From positions 1 through 64,000 of IMG/VR virus record IMGVR_UViG_3300020037_002148: a DNA stretch of 64,000 nt. One strand, 5' to 3'. This document shows, piece after piece, positions 17,490-28,500 of this stretch. The DNA is from a virus. Lineage: Duplodnaviria; Caudoviricetes. Under the pieces are notes generated by a model that was not told where the DNA came from, did no database searches, and saw only the letters and a list, made by a program, of their open reading frames with translations. Positions within the stretch are counted from its first letter, which is position 1, and each line of letters opens with the position of its first letter. Made by a program: the position numbers and the translations under genes.

Positions 17490-19960
17490 TGAATCAACAT
17501 TTTAATGATTTTTTAATAGACTTTGATGTTGGTCAAAGTGGTAATGCAATTAATATACCATTTATAAGACATCCATGTACAGATGAACTATCTAAAATAG
17601 GTAAAGCTGTTAATATCTCTAAAGGTATTTATACACTTTGCGGTGGTTTACCAGGAAGTGGTAAGACAGGATTTATAGACAGTTTATATGTACTTAGTTT
17701 ATTTATGTGGTTTTGGAGAAATAAAGATAAAACTGATATTAAACCATATTGGATTTATAGAAGTATGGAAAGATCTATTAAACATAAAGTAGCTAAATGG
17801 ACTTGCTGGATGTTATATGTAGAATATGGAATTATAATGGATGTTCCTACAATTCTTCAGTGGTCTAATAAAAAAAGAGATTTAACAAGTGAAGAACAAG
17901 TAATTATAAAAAATTATGATAAATTCTTTGATAAATTATTTCAATATTTAGATATTAAACAAGGTGCTGAAAATCCAACTGGAGTATATAAATATAATAG
18001 GAGAATTGCTTATGATAAAGGAAGTTGGATAACATCTGGAGATAAAGGATTATTTATTAATGGTGTTAAAAAAGCAGATTTTAATAAAGATATATTTGAA
18101 GAAGTTTCAGGAGGACTTAAAAGATTATATATTGATATAGATTTATATGGTAAAACTTATAGAATATTTGAATATGATACTAAATATGTAGCTAGAGATC
18201 CTAATGAAATAGTATTTCCTATTACAGATCATGTTGGTAAATTATTAGCTGAAGGTAGAGATGGAGTTATGTTTAATGATAAACAAATTCTTGATAAACA
18301 TTATGAATATAATGGTAGTTTAAGAGATATTTGTGCTTGGAATCCTATAGATATAGTACAATTAAATAGAGCTATTGAAAATCAAAGTAGAGGTAGAAGT
18401 CTCGTTAAAGGAGCTAAAGAAAATGATTTAAGAATTACAAATCAAGATTTTAAAGGATCTGGAAATGGCTACGAGAATAAAATAAAAAATTATATAACAA
18501 ATTGACAAAAGTAAAAAGAGAAACAAGAATAATAAGAGATAAATTTTTAGAATATTATAATCAAGGATTAAATGATTCAGAAATAGGGAGAATTTTAAAT
18601 TGTAATAATGCTACAGTATGTTTTTGGAGAAAAGATAATAATCTTCCTTCAAATTTCACTCAAGGTAACATACAAAAAGAAATTTTAAATTTATATTATT
18701 CTGGTTTTACCAGAAAAGAAATAGAATTAAAAGGTTATAATAAAAAATATTTAGATAGTTTATTAGTAAATAAAAAATCTAATAAAAAATATCCTATAAT
18801 TACAAAAGATATTATTTCAAGAATACTTGGAACAATGTTAGGGGATGCAAGTATTTCTAAAAAAGGTTCATTTACATTTACACATAAAATAAAAAATGAA
18901 CAATATGCTTTAACTAAAGCTAATAGAATAGGGTTAGAAAATAAAGTTTATTATAGAAATATGGAATTATTAGGTAAAGATTTTCCAGTATTGAGTGTAG
19001 TATTTATAGTTCATCCTTATTTCCATAGTTTAAGAAAAATACTTTATCCGAATAATAAAAAACAATTTCCAATAAATTATTGTAAGAAATATTTTAATTG
19101 GGAATCAATGGCTTATTGGTTTATGGATGATGGTAGTAATATTAGAGGTGCTGGGCAATTAGCAATACATTCTATGAAAAATAATGCTGAAGATATTAAA
19201 ATATTATTTAAAGAAAAATTAAATCTTAATTGTAATATTCAAAGTAACGGTAAGGTTATTTATTTCCCTAAAAAAGATTTTATTTATTTTGTTGAAAATA
19301 TAAAACCTTTTGTCACAAAAGATATGTTATATAAAATAGTGTGTTCTCAATAAATTGGATGAATTGACGGGAAGTTCCTTAGAGCTTATTCTACTAAACT
19401 AAAATGGTAACATATTTAGTGGATTTTGAGAAAGACAAAATGTATAGTAAAAAAGAATAAGATTGGATAATCCGCAGCCAAGTATCTTTTTAAATGAAAG
19501 ATAAAGGTTCAACGACTAAAAGAATGAAACTTAGAAATAAGAATATAATTTCTTTCAAGAGTGTCCAACAATTAACAGAGGTTAATTGATGATATAGTCT
19601 AAACTGAGTTAGAATTAACTAACTAATGAAAATGAAGGAAACTTCCAGAGAGTAGGATAAAGAACCTACTGATAATAATTAATGGCAGATTTAGTACTTG
19701 GTTTATTAAATCCTTATAAATTAGATGAACATAGTTATGGTGGTTATAAAATACCTAATTTTATATCTGAAGGAGGAGAAAATAGATTTAGAAGTATTAC
19801 AATAGTTAAAAATTCTTATGGTGTAGATGATATATCATTAGGATATTTATTTTTAGGTGAAAATTCATTTGTAACAGAATTACCCACATCAACAGAAATG
19901 AATAGAGATAATTCTTATGAAGTTTATAGAAATGCTTCAAGAGAATTGTTATTGAATTAA
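17489..19960 (+). CDS. dnaB: DnaB-like replicative helicase, spliced: exon 1 17489-18478, exon 2 19685-19960 (421 aa)
   Basis: GGLPGSGKT, ITDHVG and QLNR motifs; DFKGSGNGYEN|ADLVLGL restored in frame by splicing. Confidence 0.88.
18479..19684 (+). mobile_element. Group I intron (IA2-like) in the helicase gene
   Basis: U at the 5' splice site and terminal G. P1 GAGAAT/GTTCTC(19343-48). Core motifs AATTGACGGGAA, AATCCGCAGCCAAG, GTTCAACGACTA and GATATAGTC. Confidence 0.92.
18502..19353 (+). CDS. Intron-encoded two-motif LAGLIDADG endonuclease with N-terminal HTH
   Basis: LGTMLGDAS and AYWFMDDGS motifs; TTG start overlaps the TGA of the unspliced exon-1 frame. Confidence 0.88.
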   Translation: MTKVKRETRIIRDKFLEYYNQGLNDSEIGRILNCNNATVCFWRKDNNLPSNFTQGNIQKEILNLYYSGFTRKEIELKGYNKKYLDSLLVNKKSNKKYPIITKDIISRILGTMLGDASISKKGSFTFTHKIKNEQYALTKANRIGLENKVYYRNMELLGKDFPVLSVVFIVHPYFHSLRKILYPNNKKQFPINYCKKYFNWESMAYWFMDDGSNIRGAGQLAIHSMKNNAEDIKILFKEKLNLNCNIQSNGKVIYFPKKDFIYFVENIKPFVTKDMLYKIVCSQ

Positions 19961-19972
19961 ACAAATTAATTA

Positions 19973-20650
19973 ATGTCAGAGACAAAAATTAGAACAATTT
20001 GTGTAGATACCTTAACTGGTATTCAACAAGAGGAATATATGACTTCAAAAAAAAAACCTGGTCATGATGATTGGGCAGATTTTGGAAAAGATATATATAC
20101 TTTTATGACAGACTTACAAAATTTAGGTTTTGAAGTTGTGTTAATTTTAGGTGAACCTGGAACTGGAAAATCATCAGGTATGAGAACATTAAAACCAAAA
20201 ACAAATATTTGGTATAATGCTGATAATAAGAATCCAGTTTGGGAAGGTGGTAAAGAAGAATATGGTAAAAAAACAAACCCTATATTACCTTATCATGTAA
20301 TACCTAAATCTTATAAAGAAGTTATAGAACATATTAAAGTTGGAATTTCCAAAGGAATGTTTGAAAGTGAAAGATATGCTTTTATAACTGGACATACAGA
20401 AACTTATAAAGTAGGTGCTGAAACTAAAGAGAGATTAAAAACTCTTGGTAGATTAGCTACAAAAATGCAATTAGAAGGTAAAATGGAAACTGTATTGTAT
20501 TCAAGAGTAGAAATGGAAGCTGGGAAACCAACTTTCCTATTAGAAACTCAGAATAATGGTAATAATACAGCTAGAAGTCATCAAAATATGTTTGAGGGTA
20601 AAATTCCAAATGATTATAATATGATCTTGGAAAAACTACTTGAATATTAA
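19973..20650 (+). CDS. AAA_24/Sak4-like P-loop ATPase with rearranged motif order
   Basis: ICVDTL (Walker B-like) precedes GEPGTGKS; TGH.E, KT.G, EG...VL and TARS motifs follow. Confidence 0.8.
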   Translation: MSETKIRTICVDTLTGIQQEEYMTSKKKPGHDDWADFGKDIYTFMTDLQNLGFEVVLILGEPGTGKSSGMRTLKPKTNIWYNADNKNPVWEGGKEEYGKKTNPILPYHVIPKSYKEVIEHIKVGISKGMFESERYAFITGHTETYKVGAETKERLKTLGRLATKMQLEGKMETVLYSRVEMEAGKPTFLLETQNNGNNTARSHQNMFEGKIPNDYNMILEKLLEY

Positions 20651-20669
20651 AATAAAAAAAAATTAATAA

Positions 20670-21122
20670 ATGAATTTTAATTTCGGAGTGCCTTTAGTTA
20701 GGCAAAAAAAAACAGAGAAATATGATTTTCCTGTTTTAGTGATGCAAAAAGAAAATAATCAAAAACACAGTGCTAAAAGATTTACATTAAATAAATCTGC
20801 AATTGAGTTATTAGGAATAACACATGAAGCAGATGAAGCTGTTTCTATTGGTTTTCCTCAGCAAAATGAAGGGAAATTCATTATTGCTAGAACAACAAAT
20901 AATGAAAATGTACCTGATAAACATAAATATTTAGTAGGTAAAACAGAACATAGCTTTTCTAATAGTCAAGTATATAATGCTATTAAAAAAGAATTGGATT
21001 TAAATTTAACAGAGGATGTAGAATTCAGAATTAATGAAGATAATACATTACATCTTTTAACAGAAATAAGTCAAATAGAATTAGAAGAAAATCAAAATCA
21101 ATTAAAATTAGAAATATGTTAA
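20670..21122 (+). CDS. Hypothetical protein
   Basis: ORF track. Confidence 0.65.
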   Translation: MNFNFGVPLVRQKKTEKYDFPVLVMQKENNQKHSAKRFTLNKSAIELLGITHEADEAVSIGFPQQNEGKFIIARTTNNENVPDKHKYLVGKTEHSFSNSQVYNAIKKELDLNLTEDVEFRINEDNTLHLLTEISQIELEENQNQLKLEIC

Positions 21123-22009
21123 CAGGAGCAGGTCAAAAGACGAGTAAATTTAAAACACCAATTACAGGATTAGCTGTAGTAAAACCATTATTTGTAAATC
21201 CTACAAATGATGATTATAAAAGAATAACAGGTAAAGATTTACCATACACATTAGAATATACTATTAGAGAGAACTCTAATATAAATAATAGAGAGGAGTT
21301 TCCAATTAGAATATTAGTACATCAAGTTGAAAAAGATGTTTATGAATTTGTAAATTTCAATGTATCAAATATTGATGATGTAGCACAAACAGGTTCTGTA
21401 AGATGGTTAGATTCTAAAGGTAACATGACTTGGTCTAAATCTTTAGAGACAATTCAAGAGAATCCTAATATGGCTTGGTTTGATAGTTCAAATGCAAGAT
21501 CAATGAAAGTTGGTGAATATGAATTATATTCTTGGATTCAAAAATTAGTATCTTATGACACAAGAGCAGATGGAGCTAATTTTAAAGATGAAATGATTAA
21601 AAATGGAGTTACATCAGCTAATTTATTTAATGGAACTACAAATGGTTTACAAGGGTTAATTGACTGGTCTAATAAACAAGGATATGCTGTAGGTATGTTA
21701 TTCTATGTAGTTGAAACTACAAAAGATGGAAACACTAATTATAATCAAAAATTAGCTTCTTATCCAGTAGAGATGTTCTTTTATACAGATGAAAAAGATG
21801 GTGTTAGAACTATTAGTAACTATGCTTACAAAACTATGGAGAAATTGATTAAAGGTGATGAATCTAAAAATCAAAAACCAGTAAATATTAAAGGTTTATA
21901 CACCTATAAATTACAGGATTTCGATAAAGAAACATCACTTGGTGGTGAACCAAATGTTGCTATAAGTGGTGTTTCAACAGGTGTTGTAGCAAGTTCTAAA
22001 TGGGTTTAA
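21116..22009 (+). CDS. Hypothetical replication/recombination protein (possible SSB)
   Basis: Located between the Sak4-like ATPase and the primase; function is inference. Confidence 0.5.
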   Translation: MLTGAGQKTSKFKTPITGLAVVKPLFVNPTNDDYKRITGKDLPYTLEYTIRENSNINNREEFPIRILVHQVEKDVYEFVNFNVSNIDDVAQTGSVRWLDSKGNMTWSKSLETIQENPNMAWFDSSNARSMKVGEYELYSWIQKLVSYDTRADGANFKDEMIKNGVTSANLFNGTTNGLQGLIDWSNKQGYAVGMLFYVVETTKDGNTNYNQKLASYPVEMFFYTDEKDGVRTISNYAYKTMEKLIKGDESKNQKPVNIKGLYTYKLQDFDKETSLGGEPNVAISGVSTGVVASSKWV

Positions 22010-22020
22010 AATAAAATATT

Positions 22021-22305
22021 ATGACAAAAGAAGAAATATTTAGTGAAAATTTAGAAATTTTTAAGTTTTACAGAGATATAAAAATTATTGATTCTTTTGA
22101 TATTTATAATATTAAACTTGAATATCATAATAGTTGGGATTGGTTAATGCCAGTAGTTCAAAAATGTTTAAAAATTAATGAAGAAAATTTAGATGAATGG
22201 GAAAAATATTATGAAAATATAGATGATAGTTTTTATCATATTAATATTACTCAAACATATAAAGAAGTATTGAACTTTATTAAATGGTATAATAAACAAA
22301 AATAA
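22021..22305 (+). CDS. Hypothetical protein (YHNSWDWLMPVV motif)
   Basis: ORF track. Confidence 0.65.
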   Translation: MTKEEIFSENLEIFKFYRDIKIIDSFDIYNIKLEYHNSWDWLMPVVQKCLKINEENLDEWEKYYENIDDSFYHINITQTYKEVLNFIKWYNKQK

Positions 22306-22314
22306 AAAAGGTAA

Positions 22315-23400
22315 ATGGAATTTAATTTACCAAAAAAGAGAAATCCACTTACTGTAGAAAATGTATTTAGTTTAGTTACAGAATTAGAAATATTCAGACA
22401 TTTTATAGGACATGAATTTATAGTTGGAAAAGTATTTATTTCTCCATTAAGACAAGAAAAAAGAGCTTCATTTGGTATTTATCCTACACAGGATGCAAAA
22501 TATAAATATCATTGTAAAGACTTTAAAGGTTTTAATGGAAATGTAATGAGCTTTGTTTGTGAGATGTATAAGAGACCATTTGATTTATTATTTGCTTTAT
22601 ATACAATTAATAAAGAAATGAATCTTGGACTTGATGATATTACTGTAAGCAAGTCTTTAAAAATGAAAGGTGTTTCTAAATCTGGAACTATAGTTAAATA
22701 TGAAAATTATCAAAAAGAAATAACAAAATCTGAAGTAGAGTTTAGAATAGTGAAAAGAGATTTTCAGAAATATGATAAAGATTTCTGGTCTAAAGGATGT
22801 ATTCAAAAATCTACTTTAGATTTATTTCATGTATATGCAACAGAAGAAGTATGGATGAATAAAGGTTTGGGTTGGGTTAAGATTTGGATTAATTCTAAAT
22901 CTAATCCAATTTACTCTTATTACTTTAAACATACCAATCATTTTAAACATTATAGACCTTATGAAGTTGCAAATTCTAAAGGTGATATATGGAAGTGGTT
23001 GAGTAATTGCAATATAGATGATATTCAGGGTTATCACCAACTGCCATTGAAAGGAAATACCTTAATCCTCACCAAATCATTAAAAGATGTAATGACACTT
23101 TATGAACTTGGATTTAATGCTATTTCCTTTCACGCAGAAGGTGTAACTGTACCTAAAGAAAGAATGGAAGAATTACTTAGTAGATTTACTAATGTAATTT
23201 GTTATTATGATAATGATGAAGCAGGTAAGTTGAATTCTCATAAGATAACCAAAGGTTATAATATAAGACATTTTAATAATCCAGATGGATTAAAAGAGAA
23301 AGATGCTTTTGATTATGTTAGTAGTTTTGGACAAAAAGCTATGTTAGATTTATTTAAAAGTAAAAATATATTTCCTGATTTTAAAAAGATAATAATATGA
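22315..23400 (+). CDS. dnaG: DnaG-like primase (TOPRIM)
   Basis: SPLR.EK..SF, TKSLKD and YYDNDEAG, KDA.D motifs. Confidence 0.85.
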   Translation: MEFNLPKKRNPLTVENVFSLVTELEIFRHFIGHEFIVGKVFISPLRQEKRASFGIYPTQDAKYKYHCKDFKGFNGNVMSFVCEMYKRPFDLLFALYTINKEMNLGLDDITVSKSLKMKGVSKSGTIVKYENYQKEITKSEVEFRIVKRDFQKYDKDFWSKGCIQKSTLDLFHVYATEEVWMNKGLGWVKIWINSKSNPIYSYYFKHTNHFKHYRPYEVANSKGDIWKWLSNCNIDDIQGYHQLPLKGNTLILTKSLKDVMTLYELGFNAISFHAEGVTVPKERMEELLSRFTNVICYYDNDEAGKLNSHKITKGYNIRHFNNPDGLKEKDAFDYVSSFGQKAMLDLFKSKNIFPDFKKIII

Positions 23401-23537
23401 AAAAATACAAATATAAAATAGTACCTAAAATAATTGATACTAATGGTGAAGCATTTTTAAATTTAATGGGTCAAGATGGTTGGGAATTAGTTTCTGTTAC
23501 TGAATTTTATTTTTATCTTAAAAGAGAAATAATATGA
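23397..23537 (+). CDS. Small DUF4177-like protein (46 aa)
   Basis: LN.MGQDGWELVSV...Y.KR pattern, manual translation. Confidence 0.6.
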   Translation: MKKYKYKIVPKIIDTNGEAFLNLMGQDGWELVSVTEFYFYLKREII

Positions 23538-23761
23538 AAGGTATAATAAATAAAGATGGTTCTGTAACAGGAGAAGATAGTAAAATCTACTGGCTTCCTT
23601 TTAGAGGGCAAGATAATGAAAATTATCCTGAAGTGTTAATGGATGCTAAATCTGTTGGTGGTAGTGGGGATTTTCATAGACAATCAATTAAACCTTTTAT
23701 AGGAATGACTGTAGAATTTGTTAATCAGGGCAAAGGATATAACTATAAGATTTTGAGCTAA
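23534..23761 (+). CDS. Hypothetical protein
   Basis: ORF track. Confidence 0.6.
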   Translation: MKGIINKDGSVTGEDSKIYWLPFRGQDNENYPEVLMDAKSVGGSGDFHRQSIKPFIGMTVEFVNQGKGYNYKILS

Positions 23762-23822
23762 ACACGGGTGTTAATTAACAATTAACTGTAAGATCTAACA
23801 GCTCAATAAAATTATTTAAATA

Positions 23823-24194
23823 ATGTCTAAAAAAATAGAAAAAACTAGAAATAATGGTTCTATGACAGAATCAGCATTTTGGAGTTTTATTAGAAGTGCT
23901 TTAAGACAGAAAAGTAGATGGTGGAAACCAATACAAGAATGTAAGAAAAAAGTTAAAAGAGTTTATAAAGGAAATAATAAAAGACAGAAATTTGAATATA
24001 AATGTAATGTTTGTAAAGAATATTTTCCTGAAAAAGAAATACAAGTGGATCATATAAAACCTGTAGGAACTTTAAAATCTGGTAAAGATTTAGAATTATT
24101 TGTAGAGAATTTATTTTGTGAAATAAACAATTTACAATGTATTTGTACTATTTGTCACAATAAAAAAACTCAAAGTGAAAAAATAAAAGAATAA
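23823..24194 (+). CDS. HNH endonuclease-family protein
   Basis: CNVC...QVDHIKP...NLQCICTICHNKKT. Confidence 0.85.
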   Translation: MSKKIEKTRNNGSMTESAFWSFIRSALRQKSRWWKPIQECKKKVKRVYKGNNKRQKFEYKCNVCKEYFPEKEIQVDHIKPVGTLKSGKDLELFVENLFCEINNLQCICTICHNKKTQSEKIKE

Positions 24195-24196
24195 TC

Positions 24197-24358
24197 ATGG
24201 AAGAAATAATAGAAGAGTTTTTAAAACAAGAAGATGTTTCTGATAGTCATAATATAAATGTATGGTCAGAAAGTAAAAAGAAATGGTTATCTATAAATGT
24301 GAAAGAATTTATTGATAAATATAACATATTTCTTAGAAAGAAGAGTTATTTGAAATAA
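24197..24358 (+). CDS. Small hypothetical protein (53 aa)
   Basis: Manual translation; stop overlaps the next ATG. Confidence 0.5.
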   Translation: MEEIIEEFLKQEDVSDSHNINVWSESKKKWLSINVKEFIDKYNIFLRKKSYLK

Positions 24359-25035
24359 TGAATAAAACAACAAAATATTTATTTGTTCCTTTTACTGATG
24401 AGAATTCTTATTTTATAAATAATTATAACTTATGTCACACTACAGGAGGATTACAAATATATTTGAATGATGATGGATTTAAACATACTTATGAAGATTG
24501 TTTATTTGTCCACTTTGATAAAACTAAAATACATAAATTTGATGAAAGATTAGCTTTTTTTAAATTTGGTGATAATTATTTAGAGGATTATGAAATATCA
24601 CCTAGTGAACACATGATTATATTTAAAATAGATAAATCATATAGAACAAGTATTGAAAGTTTTAAAAAGGGTAAATATTCAGAAATGTATAGTACTAAAG
24701 TAATAGATTTATTTTTTAGTAAAGAAAGTATGGATTTTTATTTAAAATACAAAGGAACACCAATAACAACATCTATTAAAAAAACAGTGATAGGTTCTGG
24801 AGATAAACAAGAAGAAATTAAACAATTAGTTATTAATAATCCTAAAGTATTAGATTATATTCCATCATTAGAAGCTGAGTTTAAAAATATTGTATTATCT
24901 AAATATCATGTATTGAAGAAATCAGAAGAATTACAATTGATTCTTTCTTATTTATATATGGTAAATAAAAAGTATATTGATGAATTAGAATCTAAACCTT
25001 TGATGAAAGATGAAATTTTTAATTATAAAGAATAA
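24358..25035 (+). CDS. Hypothetical protein
   Basis: ORF track. Confidence 0.7.
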   Translation: MNKTTKYLFVPFTDENSYFINNYNLCHTTGGLQIYLNDDGFKHTYEDCLFVHFDKTKIHKFDERLAFFKFGDNYLEDYEISPSEHMIIFKIDKSYRTSIESFKKGKYSEMYSTKVIDLFFSKESMDFYLKYKGTPITTSIKKTVIGSGDKQEEIKQLVINNPKVLDYIPSLEAEFKNIVLSKYHVLKKSEELQLILSYLYMVNKKYIDELESKPLMKDEIFNYKE

Positions 25036-25038
25036 AAT

Positions 25039-25494
25039 ATGGAAATAAATTATAAAAATTGGAAAGTTCAATACAAACCGATATTTAATCCTCTAAAAGA
25101 GAAGACTGATAAACCTACAGATGAAGATTATCAAATACATTGGCATACTATTGAAGAAAATGATTTAATTAAAGATCATATAGGAAGTGGTCAAGTATGG
25201 ACTGTAGTAGGAAGTAAAAGAGATTCTATAATTTTAAAATCAGGTTTTCACAGAGAAAATAGAATGTATCATTATATTTCTCAAATTCCTTATACAGAAA
25301 ATATAGAAATAGTTTTATTTGAAGGTTATCCTGAGATTACTAAAGAAGATTTACAGAACTTAAAATATCAAAGAGGAAAATGTTTAGATGAAGCTTTATT
25401 AGAAAAACATCCAGAAGCTTCTGAATATATAATGAAACAGAAATTATCCTTAGATAAAATAATAGAATACATAGAAAGAACAGGTCTTAATTGA
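25039..25494 (+). CDS. Hypothetical protein
   Basis: ORF track. Confidence 0.65.
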   Translation: MEINYKNWKVQYKPIFNPLKEKTDKPTDEDYQIHWHTIEENDLIKDHIGSGQVWTVVGSKRDSIILKSGFHRENRMYHYISQIPYTENIEIVLFEGYPEITKEDLQNLKYQRGKCLDEALLEKHPEASEYIMKQKLSLDKIIEYIERTGLN

Positions 25495-25522
25495 TTTGTT
25501 TATTAATTTTATAAAAATATAA

Positions 25523-28500
25523 ATGATAGAAGAATCTTTAGAAAAAGAAATGTTTAATGGAGATCAATTAGCAATTTCTGTATGGAAGTCAAAATATGCA
25601 GCAGAAGGAGAAACTCATTATAATCAAATGCATAAAAGACTTGCTAAAGAATTTGCAAGAATAGAAGATAGATATGTAAAAGAAGAAAGATTTAATCATG
25701 AATTAAATTTATCTAAATATGGTCAAGATAGAGAAAGATTAACTTATGAATCTATCTATGAATTATTTAAAGATTTTAAATACATAATTCCACAAGGAAG
25801 TATAATGTCTAATTTAGGTAATAAAGCAATTACTTCATTAAGTAATTGTTTTGTTATAGGACAACCTAGTGACAGTTATGGTGGTATATGTAAGAAAGAT
25901 GAAGAAATGGTTCAACTTATGAAAAGAAGAGGTGGTGTAGGATTAGATTTATCTACTCTTAGACCTGCTAAAACTTTAGTAAGTAATGCAGCTAAGACTT
26001 CAACAGGTGTTGTGTCTTTTATGCATAGATATTCAAATTCTACAAGAGAAGTTGCTCAGGATGGAAGACGAGGAGCTTTAATGCTTTCAATACACATTAA
26101 TCATCCAGATTCATTAGATTTTATCAAAATCAAAAGAGATTTATCTCAAGTAACTGGTGCTAATATATCTATTAAGATTTCAGAAGAATTCATGAAAGCT
26201 GTGGAAGATGATGATGATTATTGGTTAAGATTTCCATGTGATAATAAAAAAGTTATTATGTGGGATACTTCTTGGGAATATAATAAAAATTATGAATGTT
26301 TAGATGAAGAAAGCCAGGTTGTAATTGCTAAAAGAATAAAAGCTAAAGAATATTGGAATGAAATCATTAAATCAGCTCATGGTTCAGCAGAACCAGGAAT
26401 TATATTTGAAGATAATCATCACAATTACAGTCCTGATGGAGTATATCCACAATTCAAAGGAATTACAACAAATCCTTGTTTTCATCCAGATACATTAATA
26501 GAAACTGTAAACGGAAGAATTAAAATAAAAGATTTAGATTATCATAGTTTTGTTTATTCTAAAGATGAAGATGGTAGTTTATGTATTAAAAGAGCAAGTC
26601 CTTCTTTTATTTCTAAAACAAATGCTGAAACAATTAAAATTACTTTAAAATCAGGAAATTTTATTCAAATTACTCCAGAACATAAATTATATGTTCAAAA
26701 TAAAAATTGGATGGGTTGGAAAGAAGCAAAAGATTTGAAAATTGGTGATTCTATCGCACATTTATGTAGAAGTAGACGAGGAGCTAAATATTCAGGAGTA
26801 CATTTAACAACTTCTCCAAGTAGACAATTAGATCAAGTCATGGAACATAGGTTAGTATATGAAAGTTGTAACAAATTTACTACTAATGATATTCATCATA
26901 TTGATGGAAATACATTTAATAATAAAATATCTAATCTTGAAGAATTAACTCATGAAGAACATGCAAAACATACAGCAATAAATCAAAATCCTCAAACACA
27001 TCAGGTAAAAGATAAATTAGGAAGATTTATATCTGGTGAAAATTCTAAAAAAGGAGCTAAAACAATTATTAATATTCCTGATGAACTCAAAACTAATATG
27101 TTGAGTCAACATCATAATAGAATTATTTCTATTGAAAAAGGAGAAACTACAGATGTATATGATATTCAAGTAGAAGATACTCATTGTTTAATTGCAAATA
27201 ATATGGTAGCTCATAATTGTGGAGAAATCTTTATGCAAGAATATGATGCTTGTAGATTAATTGCTGTAAATTACTTTAGTTTTGTAGATAAACCATTTAC
27301 AAAAGAAGCTAAATTTGATTTTGAGAAATTCTACAAAATTAATTATGAAGCAATGAGATTATCTGATGATTTAATTGATTTAGAACTTGAACATATTGAT
27401 AGAATTCTTAGAAAAATATTAGAAGACCCTGAACCTTTTGAAGATAGAAGAACAGAGTTTGAACTTTGGACTAAAATTAAAGAAACTGCTACTGCAAGTA
27501 GAAGAACAGGTTTAGGATTTACTGCATTAGGAGATACTTTAGCTGCTTTAGGATTAAAATATGATAGTGATGAATCTTTAAAAATTATTGATAAAATAAT
27601 GCATACTAAGATGGGATCTGAATTAGATTGTACTATTGATTTAGCAATTTTAAGAGGTACATTTCAAGGTTGGGATTCAAACCAAGAATATAATATTAAT
27701 AGTCAATATGATGAATACGATATTGAACATTTAAATATTAAAGGTAAAAATGATTTTTATACTTTTATAGCTAATAAATATCCCAATCAAGCTGAAAAAA
27801 TGATTAAATATGGTAGAAGAAATATAAGTTTTTCAACTGTAGCTCCAACAGGTACAGTCTCAATAATGTCAGCTTCAACATCAGGGATTGAACCACTTTT
27901 CTCACCTTATTACTTTAGAAGAAAGAAAATTAATCCAAATGATGAAGGAGTAAGAGTAGATTTTACAGACCAAAATGGAGATAAATGGCAAGAATTTCCT
28001 GTATTACATCCTAAATTTAAAGATTGGTATATAATAAAAGCTCAATGTGAACATTGTACTCATGTAGCTTTAGAAGCTTTAGAAAGAGCAAGTAAAGAAC
28101 AATTAAAGGAAATATTTGAAATGTCTCCATATTATCAATCTACAGCTAATGATATAGATTGGGTAAAAAGAGTTGAAATTCAAAGTGTAATACAAAAATA
28201 TATTACTCATAGTATTTCATCTACTATTAATTTACCAAATACCGTAACTGAAGCTGAGGTAAGTGAAATTTACATGGAGTCTTGGAAGAAAGGTTTAAAA
28301 GGTATTACTGTTTATAGAGATGGGAGTAGAAGTGGTGTGTTAATTACTGAATCTACTAAAGATAAACAAACATTTGAATATAAAGATGCAGTTAAAAGAC
28401 CAAGAGAATTAGATGCTGATGTTCATAATATTACATTAAAAGGAGTTCATTATAAAGTGATAATTGGTTTATTAGATGATAAACCTTATGAAGTATTTTT

